Origin: Planctomycetota bacterium
Lineage (GTDB): Bacteria > Planctomycetota > MHYJ01 > JACQRL01 > SBBU01
Direction: 5' to 3'
Assembly: GCA_016206485.1 (NCBI GenBank)
Contig: JACQRL010000098.1
Coordinates: 1-36,788, forward strand
DNA length: 36,788 nucleotides
This document shows positions 7,066-14,036 of the stretch, one piece after another. The translations under genes were made by a program, and so were the position numbers. Positions within the stretch are counted from its first letter, which is position 1. The number at the start of each line of letters is the position of its first letter. The notes beneath the pieces were generated by a model, which worked only from the letters and a program-made list of their open reading frames with translations, was not told the DNA's origin and searched no databases.

Positions 7066-8928
7066 ATGTTAGGTTTAACTGAAGAAAAATCTTCAAGAGC
7101 GATAAAATTATTGCTCATCAATTTAACGGTTCTGTTTTTAGTATTCTCAGGACCGGCTTGTAAGTTTGGAGGGTCTTCAAGCAGCGGGTCTGACGATTCA
7201 TCGTCATCAGTTGCCCCTTCGGAGGGGGAGGTAACAGGTCAATTACTTGATGAAAATGGAAATCCGATAGCGGGAGCTACTGTTGTAATCGGAGCAAATT
7301 CTCCTTGCGATATATCTGACGACAACGGTAACTTTAGAATAAAAGATAGGGTTGTTAACGGTACACATCCATTTTATGTGGTAACAGATGGTTTTAGAAC
7401 TTTGGATGGCGCGGCAGTTGTCGTTAACGGGAATGTTTCCGTTGGAAAAGTTAAGATCGAAGGTATCAAGGATGTTGGGAATGCCCCTCACTTTAGCGAC
7501 TTTCTTGCGATTGTTGAAAACAACAAAGTAAAAGTCACAGCGACTATAGATAAAGGGGCTGATGAGCTCGTAGATATCAGGGCAGAAATGCTAAGCTACG
7601 GAGTCGGAGCTGTTCTGACTAAGCAGGGTGATGTATACAAAGGAGAATTCGATCTTCCGGCGGAAGCTGGTGGACCAAGGGCAATTATTATGGGTTTTGC
7701 CAGAGATGCGGACAACAGGATCTCAACTGCTGCTGATATAACCAATGAGTTTACCGGCGCAGGCGGATCATATGCGCTCCAGACTATTAATGGTACATAC
7801 TCTGGTTCGATTGGATTCCACCCAAGAGATAAAGACAGAGGCTTTGAACACAGAGGTAATGCCAAACTTGTTTTCAATAATGGTGATGCAACCGGTACAT
7901 ATGTTGAGCCGAATTATGCGCTACTGGTTAAGCATAATGGTAGTGTTGAACCATTTAAGCAGAAAACATCTTCAGATGGTAAGGTGCAGCTGATTGATGC
8001 GTTGAAGGGATTTTACAGGGTTGTTCTGTTTGACGGTGATGAAGATAGAAGAGTCAAGATGCTTGGAAAGCTGAATTCCGCAACAAATCCGACAGACTTC
8101 TATGGTCTTACAAGAGTATTTGATAAGTCTAAAAACAAATTCTATGGCGGACGTTTTCATCTTAAGAATAACGCCTCATTTGAATGGGGCATAGGTGATA
8201 TGGCGAAGGCATGGACGATATCAAACTTTTTGCCGGAAGATGAAGGTAATTCAAACTCAATAAGTGGTACATATAAACCTCCATTCCAGTACAACGTCGC
8301 AGTCAATGTAGAAGCAGGCGTAGTCTTGGCAGGTAACTGCACACTTGGAACAACTGTTCTGAGTGGCAGTTATATCGTGCTTGATTCTACACTTGGTAAG
8401 TATCAGGGAACTCTGACGATGTCTGATGGCGCAACATTTACCTATTGGTTCATAGTTGGTTTTAAAAAGATGGCAATGTTTGGAGTGAAGAAAATTGTCT
8501 CCGGCGCAATAACAGCGTATGGAATTAATTGGGGACATAAGAGAGAAGTAGGTCAGGATTGGTTTAAGACAGCGTATCTAAAAGGCTGGTTCTTCGGATA
8601 TTACAAGATTACTTCTGGACCAAACATCGGCAGCATAGGGCTTATGCATTTCAAGATGAATGAAAATGGAGAAGTTCTCACAGGAAAAGTCGGAACAATT
8701 ATTTCGAGTGTTACCGGTGGAAGTCTGAGTTTCACAGGTACAAATTCTACTTACACAGGACAGTTGGCAGGAACTCTGACGGGTAACAGCGCCACATTCA
8801 CAATCGCGCCGGCGAGTTCAAGAAATGCAAGTATGGGAGTATACTTGCAGAGATTGCTCGGTGATTTCTCTGACTCTTCAGGGAATAGCGGATACTTCTT
8901 TACACACAGGGTACATAAGAGCAATTAG
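7066..8928 (+). CDS. Large secreted protein (possible lipoprotein) with an N-terminal CarboxypepD_reg-like beta-sandwich; otherwise unknown
   Basis: Signal peptide 'LLLINLTVLFLVFSGPAC' followed by a Ser-rich linker. 'GQLLDENGNPIAGATVVIG...DDNGNFRI' is typical of carboxypeptidase-regulatory-like domains. The rest is G/T/S-rich and looks beta-rich. Confidence 0.8.
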   Translation: MLGLTEEKSSRAIKLLLINLTVLFLVFSGPACKFGGSSSSGSDDSSSSVAPSEGEVTGQLLDENGNPIAGATVVIGANSPCDISDDNGNFRIKDRVVNGTHPFYVVTDGFRTLDGAAVVVNGNVSVGKVKIEGIKDVGNAPHFSDFLAIVENNKVKVTATIDKGADELVDIRAEMLSYGVGAVLTKQGDVYKGEFDLPAEAGGPRAIIMGFARDADNRISTAADITNEFTGAGGSYALQTINGTYSGSIGFHPRDKDRGFEHRGNAKLVFNNGDATGTYVEPNYALLVKHNGSVEPFKQKTSSDGKVQLIDALKGFYRVVLFDGDEDRRVKMLGKLNSATNPTDFYGLTRVFDKSKNKFYGGRFHLKNNASFEWGIGDMAKAWTISNFLPEDEGNSNSISGTYKPPFQYNVAVNVEAGVVLAGNCTLGTTVLSGSYIVLDSTLGKYQGTLTMSDGATFTYWFIVGFKKMAMFGVKKIVSGAITAYGINWGHKREVGQDWFKTAYLKGWFFGYYKITSGPNIGSIGLMHFKMNENGEVLTGKVGTIISSVTGGSLSFTGTNSTYTGQLAGTLTGNSATFTIAPASSRNASMGVYLQRLLGDFSDSSGNSGYFFTHRVHKSN

Positions 8929-8955
8929 TGGATGAATATGTTCTTTAAGGCAACT

Positions 8956-8990
8956 AACACCACAGCTGAAAGGCTGTGGTGTTTTTCTCT
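8956..8990 (+). terminator. Rho-independent terminator
   Basis: Perfect 11-bp stem AACACCACAGC/GCTGTGGTGTT with loop TGAAAG and a T-rich tail, 28 nt after the stop at 8928. Confidence 0.75.
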
Positions 8991-9126
8991 AAGTTTTGTT
9001 CAAAATACTGTAAATAATAATGAAGGAAATAATTCTCTCCTTCCCCTATTAATTCTGGCTATTGCAGTTTTGGCTCCGTTCCTTGTTTATAAACTGCTGA
9101 AAATAAAACGCAATAGTTAGTCCTTG

Positions 9127-9157
9127 GGCGGTATCTCGTGTGGTTCGAGATATCGCC
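9127..9157 (+). other. 12-bp hairpin (second terminator-like structure)
   Basis: GGCGGTATCTCG-TGTGGTT-CGAGATATCGCC (one G-U pair), followed by a partly T-rich tail. It sits 7 nt after the end of the doubtful ORF 8932..9120. Confidence 0.35.
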
Positions 9158-9169
9158 TCATTATTCTTA

Positions 9170-9239
9170 TCCCTGTTTCCTGACTCCTGAATCCTGAATT
9201 CTGTATACTTACTCCTGTTTTCTGTTTGCTGTTTGCTGT
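9170..9239 (-). repeat. Degenerate heptanucleotide tandem repeat, opposite orientation (nnCCTGA / nnTCTGT type)
   Basis: TCCCTGT TTCCTGA CTCCTGA ATCCTGA ATTCTGT ATACTTA CTCCTGT TTTCTGT TTGCTGT TTGCTGT. This resembles the reverse complement of the array at 11623-11655. Confidence 0.8.
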
Positions 9240-9265
9240 TAAAGTTTTATTATTCCCGTAGTTTT

Positions 9266-10534
9266 ATGCTCAAGATTAAATCAATAATGGCACGCGAGAT
9301 ATTCGATTCGAGGGGAAATCCAACGCTTGAAGTTGACGTGACGTCAGTTAATGAGATTCAGACCAGAGCTGCTGTTCCGTCAGGGGCGTCAACAGGATCT
9401 TTTGAGGCAATTGAACTTAGGGATGGAAATAAAAAACGATTCAAGGGCAAAGGGGTACTTAAAGCCATTAAAAATGTCAAAAAGTGCAGCAGGCTTCTCA
9501 AAGGCAAAAAGTTTGCTTCAATCAATGAGATTGACAAGATTCTTTTAAAAAGAGATCAAACTGCGCAGAAGAGCAAGATCGGTGCAAATACCACTCTGGG
9601 GATTTCTCTTGCCTGCATAAAAGCTCTGGCGGCTGAATCGGAAAAGGAATTTTTTGAGTTTTTGGGGAAATCGAAGTCTCTGCCTATACCGTTTCTTAAT
9701 ATCATTAATGGCGGTGTGCATGCTGACAATGAACTTGATTTTCAGGAGTTTATGATAGTCCCTCATGGCTTTAAAAGATTTTCGCATGCCATAAGGGCTG
9801 CAAGTGAGATCTTCCAAACCCTCAAATCGATACTCAAAGAGAAACGTCATAACACGAATGTCGGAGATGAGGGAGGATTTGCTCCTCAGATAAAATATCC
9901 GCAGACTGCAATAGAGCTGATTTTGCTGGCGATCAGGAAGGCGGGCTACAAGCCGAAAAAAGAGGTCTCTATTGCCCTCGATTGCGCAGCATCAGAGTTT
10001 TTTCATAATGAGCGTTATGTTGTAAATAAAAAAAGATTCAAAGCGCGTGATTTGGTAAAGCTGTATGAAAGATTAGTTGCGGCATATCCTATCGTTTCGA
10101 TTGAGGACCCATTTGCAGAGGATGATTGGGATGGCTGGATTGAGCTTACGAAAGCGATCGGTGATAGGGTTCTTCTGGTTGGGGATGATTTATATGTAAC
10201 AAATCTGGACAGGCTTGCGAAAGGGGTCGCATTTTCTGCAAGCAATGCAGTCCTGATCAAACCTAACCAGATAGGAACTGTCAGTGAAACGATCGACTGC
10301 ATAACTTTTGCGGAACAGAGTAATTTGTTTCGGATAATTTCTCACAGATCAGGAGAGACTGAGGATACATCGATTGCTCATATGGCTGTTGGTTTGGGGG
10401 TACCGGGGATTAAGACAGGTTCTGTCTGCAGATCTGAACGTACTGCAAAATATAATGAGTTATTAAGGATTGAAGAACTCCTCGGGAATAAAGCAGGATA
10501 CGCGAAACTTCCCGGGTTTGTCAAACACCAATAA
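9266..10534 (+). CDS. eno: Enolase (phosphopyruvate hydratase)
   Basis: 'AREIFDSRGNPTLEVDV', 'SHRSGETEDTSIAHMAV' and 'KTGSVCRSERTAKYNELLRIEE' are present. The ATG at 9266 gives the canonical N-terminus; the tracked TTG at 9233 lies inside the heptamer spacer. Confidence 0.95.
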   Translation: MLKIKSIMAREIFDSRGNPTLEVDVTSVNEIQTRAAVPSGASTGSFEAIELRDGNKKRFKGKGVLKAIKNVKKCSRLLKGKKFASINEIDKILLKRDQTAQKSKIGANTTLGISLACIKALAAESEKEFFEFLGKSKSLPIPFLNIINGGVHADNELDFQEFMIVPHGFKRFSHAIRAASEIFQTLKSILKEKRHNTNVGDEGGFAPQIKYPQTAIELILLAIRKAGYKPKKEVSIALDCAASEFFHNERYVVNKKRFKARDLVKLYERLVAAYPIVSIEDPFAEDDWDGWIELTKAIGDRVLLVGDDLYVTNLDRLAKGVAFSASNAVLIKPNQIGTVSETIDCITFAEQSNLFRIISHRSGETEDTSIAHMAVGLGVPGIKTGSVCRSERTAKYNELLRIEELLGNKAGYAKLPGFVKHQ

Positions 10535-10537
10535 ATC

Positions 10538-10572
10538 GTAGAACGTAGAGCGTAGATCTTGGATCTTAGGCT
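10538..10572 (+). repeat. Degenerate heptanucleotide tandem repeat, GTAGAnC type
   Basis: GTAGAAC GTAGAGC GTAGATC TTGGATC TTAGGCT, starting 4 nt after the eno stop. The spacer up to about 10700 stays 7-periodic (GCAAATA TCAAACT GCAAATG GCAAATA ...). Confidence 0.8.
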
Positions 10573-10813
10573 GATTCAAGTACACCCTTAATCACGAGCC
10601 CTTGAATCGCAAATATCAAACTGCAAATGGCAAATAGCAACCAAATTACAAAAATCACCGAAATTCAATCCCTAAATTTAAAGAGAAGACCATTCCTCAA
10701 TTCTGACTCATCATACGTAACAAAGGGTGTTGATGAGTTAGGATCTTAGGGTTGATATCTCTTTTCCTTCACGTTTTATGATCTAAACTCTACGCTTTAC
10801 AGGAGGTTGTGAT

Positions 10814-11584
10814 ATGAAGTACATCAAGCAGACTGTTGAGGAAGACATCGGATTTATTTCGATCAATAATCCGCCATTGAATATTTTATCAAAGGAAGTT
10901 TTTGAAGAGATATATCAATGCGCAAAAGATTTTTCATCCAATCAACAGGTGAGGGCGATTGTAATTACGGCAGAAGGGCAGGTGTTTGCCGCCGGAGCAG
11001 ATATCAAGCAAATTAAGGATGTATCAGATACAGTTGAAGGTGAAAAAATGTGTCTTGAAGCTCATAAGGTCCACGATATCCTGTGGGAATCAAATAAGCC
11101 TACTATCGCAATGATAAATGGATTGTGTGTCGGCGGCGGGAATGAACTTGTGATGTGCTGTCATTTCAGGATAGCATCTGATAAAGCCAGATTTGGTCAG
11201 CCGGAGATAATGCTGGGAATTATACCGGGTTTGGGTGGTACTCAGAAACTTCCGAGATTTGTGGGTGTGTCGAAGGCGCTCGAGCTGCTTCTGACAGGCG
11301 ATGTCATTTCTGCGGCTGACGCAAAATTATATGGGCTTGTAAATATGGTTATTCCTGAAACACAGCTTAAAAGGCAGACTGTCGGATTTGCAAAGAAGAT
11401 GACATCAAAGAGCGGTATCGCAGTCGCGAAAATTCTTGAATGTGTAAGGCGAGGTATTGAGATGCCTCTTAAGGATGCGCTGAAGCTGGAGGCAAAAGGA
11501 TTCGGTTTTATGATGACGCAGGAAGATAAGAAAGAGGGTGTTCAGGCGTTTATTGAAAAGAGACAGCCGAAATTTAAATCGTAG
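10814..11584 (+). CDS. Enoyl-CoA hydratase/isomerase (crotonase) family protein
   Basis: AGGAGG RBS upstream. Crotonase motifs 'FAAGADIK', 'GGGNELVMCCHFRIAS' and 'GQPEIMLGIIPGLGGTQ' are present. Confidence 0.9.
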   Translation: MKYIKQTVEEDIGFISINNPPLNILSKEVFEEIYQCAKDFSSNQQVRAIVITAEGQVFAAGADIKQIKDVSDTVEGEKMCLEAHKVHDILWESNKPTIAMINGLCVGGGNELVMCCHFRIASDKARFGQPEIMLGIIPGLGGTQKLPRFVGVSKALELLLTGDVISAADAKLYGLVNMVIPETQLKRQTVGFAKKMTSKSGIAVAKILECVRRGIEMPLKDALKLEAKGFGFMMTQEDKKEGVQAFIEKRQPKFKS

Positions 11585-11685
11585 ATCTTGGATCGTAGAG
11601 TGTAGATCGTAGAACATCAAACAGAACACAGTATACAGAAGACAGAAAACAGGGGGCTCAATTCTGAACTATAAACTAACAACCA
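11581..11685 (+). repeat. Heptanucleotide-periodic spacer element, copy A
   Basis: GTAGATC TTGGATC GTAGAGT GTAGATC GTAGAAC ATCAAAC AGAACAC AGTATAC AGAAGAC AGAAAAC AGGGGGC TCAATTC TGAACTA ... The TAG stop of the hydratase gene is part of the first unit. Confidence 0.85.
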
Positions 11686-11697
11686 AAAGTTGGTGTG

Positions 11698-12900
11698 TCA
11701 TTGTTTTGCCTCATACGTGATTTCAATTTTGGACTCCTTCCCGTCTGATTCGAATTCCACGAAAACTCTGCCATAGAGTTTGACGTATTTCGACCCGGTT
11801 GAGCTATCAAAGCGCTTCGGCAAGATGCAGATTGTATTGTCTATACTCATTTCAGGATTTAATGGCTTATCAGGTGTGTGCAAATAGTGCTGTGAATCAG
11901 TTCCAATGTCAATAGTATCTTCGCTTGCGCCATAGAAAAAGCGAACACGTTTTATTTTCAGGTTTGGATAATTATGAAATGTCAATGTCACAGGGAAACT
12001 AAGGAGCCTTTGAGAACAATCAGGAACAGGAGTCGGGGTTTCATCTTCATCGCTGAATCTGTCCAATATTATTTTTTGCTTGTTGGAAGGATATGTCACT
12101 ATTTGTGGACTGGCAAGTATGGTTGTTCCGGTTTTTGTGTTGATGCAGACAGGTTTTTCTTCGGCTGAAGATTCCAGATATGTTCCTATACCGACTTCCA
12201 AGCTCGCCGGATTTATTAAAGGCAATCTGTGATAGAATGTGGCGATCCATTTGTCAATAACATCCGGCAGCATGACTTTGCTGGAAGCAATATCGCTATT
12301 CATTGCAGCTTTGTTTCCCTCATCTGTGTAAAATTTATCTTTAGTGTTTTCCGTAATTAAGTCTTTTGGCGGAGTAGAACTGTCAAATCCTTTTTTATCA
12401 AGGTATAACGAATGGTAAATAGATCCTTTGGATATAGATGCAGAAAAAATAACAGGTTTCAGGCCGGTTTCTGATCTTATTTGGTTTATTCTATATAATG
12501 TTTTTGCAAAAATTGGTATATACTTAACGAGCAGATAATCGCAGTGCTCTTTTAAATTAGCTCCGTTTTTTTCGAGTTTTGGTATCTTGATTTTTTTGAT
12601 CTGGCTGGTTATAGAATCATAGCTATCCCGGCAGTCAAAATTCTTTATATTCATTATTTCGTTTTTAAGCGATTCAAGCCTTGATTGGGTATTTAAATCT
12701 TTAAAACTGTCCTTGTAGTTGCTGTCTATAATACTGAGTATTATTTGCTGCAGGATCGGATCCTTTTTCTTTTCTGCGTATTCAAGTGATTTATTCAGGA
12801 CTGAGGTGATTTCCTTCTTTTTGTTGTCCTGCTTGTTATCAGGGTAAATATTGAAGGCCACAAGACTAAAGATTAAAACTGACTTGGTTGCCTGTCCCAT
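11698..12900 (-). CDS. Hypothetical exported protein
   Basis: 400-aa ORF with a short hydrophobic N-terminus and no clear RBS. There is a possible CAP/SCP-like stretch ('WIATFYHRLPLINPASLEVGIG'), but I cannot confirm it. Confidence 0.65.
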   Translation of the reverse strand: MGQATKSVLIFSLVAFNIYPDNKQDNKKKEITSVLNKSLEYAEKKKDPILQQIILSIIDSNYKDSFKDLNTQSRLESLKNEIMNIKNFDCRDSYDSITSQIKKIKIPKLEKNGANLKEHCDYLLVKYIPIFAKTLYRINQIRSETGLKPVIFSASISKGSIYHSLYLDKKGFDSSTPPKDLITENTKDKFYTDEGNKAAMNSDIASSKVMLPDVIDKWIATFYHRLPLINPASLEVGIGTYLESSAEEKPVCINTKTGTTILASPQIVTYPSNKQKIILDRFSDEDETPTPVPDCSQRLLSFPVTLTFHNYPNLKIKRVRFFYGASEDTIDIGTDSQHYLHTPDKPLNPEMSIDNTICILPKRFDSSTGSKYVKLYGRVFVEFESDGKESKIEITYEAKQ

Positions 12901-12965
12901 ATAATGTATTAAGCAACTTTGCTCAGCGATATTTTGGTTGAGTAGCAGGTTGTGGTGATTAAATT

Positions 12966-13084
12966 GTGGATCGTGGATCGCAAATCGTAGATCTTAGAAC
13001 ATCAAACAGAACACAGTACACAGAAGGCAGAAAACAGGGGGCCCAATTCTGAACTTTGAACTGTGAACTCCGTGCTGTGTACTA
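12966..13084 (+). repeat. Heptanucleotide-periodic spacer element, copy B
   Basis: GTGGATC GTGGATC GCAAATC GTAGATC TTAGAAC ATCAAAC AGAACAC AGTACAC AGAAGGC AGAAAAC AGGGGGC CCAATTC TGAACTT TGAACTG TGAACTC ... 12987-13056 matches 11602-11671 at 65 of 70 positions by my count. Confidence 0.85.
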
Positions 13085-14035
13085 CTTTTTGACCAGCGTC
13101 AGTTCTTTTGCATCGAAGCTAGCTTTAATCAGTTCTCTTTGCTCGCTAATCCAGAAAGAGAATGGAACAGCTTGTCCAGCTTTTGGTTTACAGATAAATT
13201 TATGTGTTTTTACCATTTGATCATCAAATGATATGTGTTCAACCCCTGAATATTCGATTATTTTATCCTTACCACCGCCAACTTCACCTTCTGCACGTTC
13301 AGTAAGAACGATGTCCAAAGTGTACTCTTTCTGAAAGGGCAGGCATGTAACAAGTGCGAATAGGACACCGAAATCAACAGTATTGAATTTAGCTTTTACC
13401 TTGGCAGTTATCTTGTTATGACCATTTACTGAGGTTCTTTCAAACTTTTCTTTTTCATCATCGTTGTACATAAATTCATACTCATACGCTCCACCTTTAC
13501 CACGCTTTTTGTCTTTCCAAATACTTCCTTCAAGATGCAGTGGAGATAGAAATTTGTTCATTTTCAGGTGATAAGTTGTTTCAAGACCGGCTTCTTCACC
13601 CATTTTCAAGTCAAACGTATATTTGAGAGTTTTGGTTTCTTTATATGTGGACAACTCTGTTTTAAATAGACAATCTGCTTTATCTTTGCCTTCTTTTGCA
13701 TCTGTCTTAAAATATTTGTATTCTCTTGCCCCAAAAGTGGAAACAAGATCTCTTGTTCTAGTTTCTATAGCAAGATCAAAACAGAATTCCTTCATACTCT
13801 GATCTTTGTCATATTTCGTGACAGCGAGATTCTCTATCTGGTTAGATATATCATCATATGTATGCAGATTTTCACGTTCATTTATGCTTTTCTGATCACC
13901 TTCTTTCAGTTTGTGGATTAGACTTGCAAGTTCAGGATCAGTTATTTTCTTTTGCTGGTCATCCAAAGCGCTAGATTTTTCATTGGTTAATAGCGCGCAG
14001 AGTAGGATAAAAATACAAACTTTTAAGTGATTCAT
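13082..14035 (-). CDS. Hypothetical secreted protein
   Basis: Signal peptide 'MNHLKVCIFILLCALLTNEKSSA'. An AGGAGG lies 4 nt upstream of the ATG and overlaps the end of the sigma-factor gene (operon partner). Confidence 0.8.
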   Translation of the reverse strand: MNHLKVCIFILLCALLTNEKSSALDDQQKKITDPELASLIHKLKEGDQKSINERENLHTYDDISNQIENLAVTKYDKDQSMKEFCFDLAIETRTRDLVSTFGAREYKYFKTDAKEGKDKADCLFKTELSTYKETKTLKYTFDLKMGEEAGLETTYHLKMNKFLSPLHLEGSIWKDKKRGKGGAYEYEFMYNDDEKEKFERTSVNGHNKITAKVKAKFNTVDFGVLFALVTCLPFQKEYTLDIVLTERAEGEVGGGKDKIIEYSGVEHISFDDQMVKTHKFICKPKAGQAVPFSFWISEQRELIKASFDAKELTLVKK

Positions 14036-14036
14036 G

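Noticed and set aside
8932-9120. 62-aa ORF as an independent gene
   Set aside because: It has no RBS, and a strong terminator hairpin (8956-8990) lies inside it. It has no internal start after the terminator. I kept it only as a possible in-frame extension (see findings).
9139-9157. GGTTCGAGA, a tRNA T-loop-like string
   Set aside because: It is the loop and 3-prime arm of a simple 12-bp hairpin. No acceptor, D or anticodon arms can be drawn, so it is not a tRNA.
9233-9265. Upstream TTG/alternative starts given by the ORF track (eno 9233, HEAT protein 17137, MopB 27272, repeat protein 6086, LpoB-like 33879, DUF35 2378)
   Set aside because: In each case a downstream ATG gives the family-typical N-terminus, a proper RBS or a start/stop overlap with the preceding gene. 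The extensions run into spacer repeats or the upstream gene.
10559-10750. MITE-like insertion: 10-nt direct repeat GGATCTTAGG (10559-10568 and 10741-10750) flanking about 170 nt with ACACCCTT / AAGGGTGT near the ends
   Set aside because: The putative terminal inverted repeats match only over 8 nt. GGATCTT-type words belong to the common heptamer repeat vocabulary, so the target-site duplication is probably coincidental.
11581-13084. Heptamer arrays as a CRISPR array
   Set aside because: The units are 7 nt, contiguous and degenerate, with no spacers of about 30 nt between them. No cas genes are present in the window.
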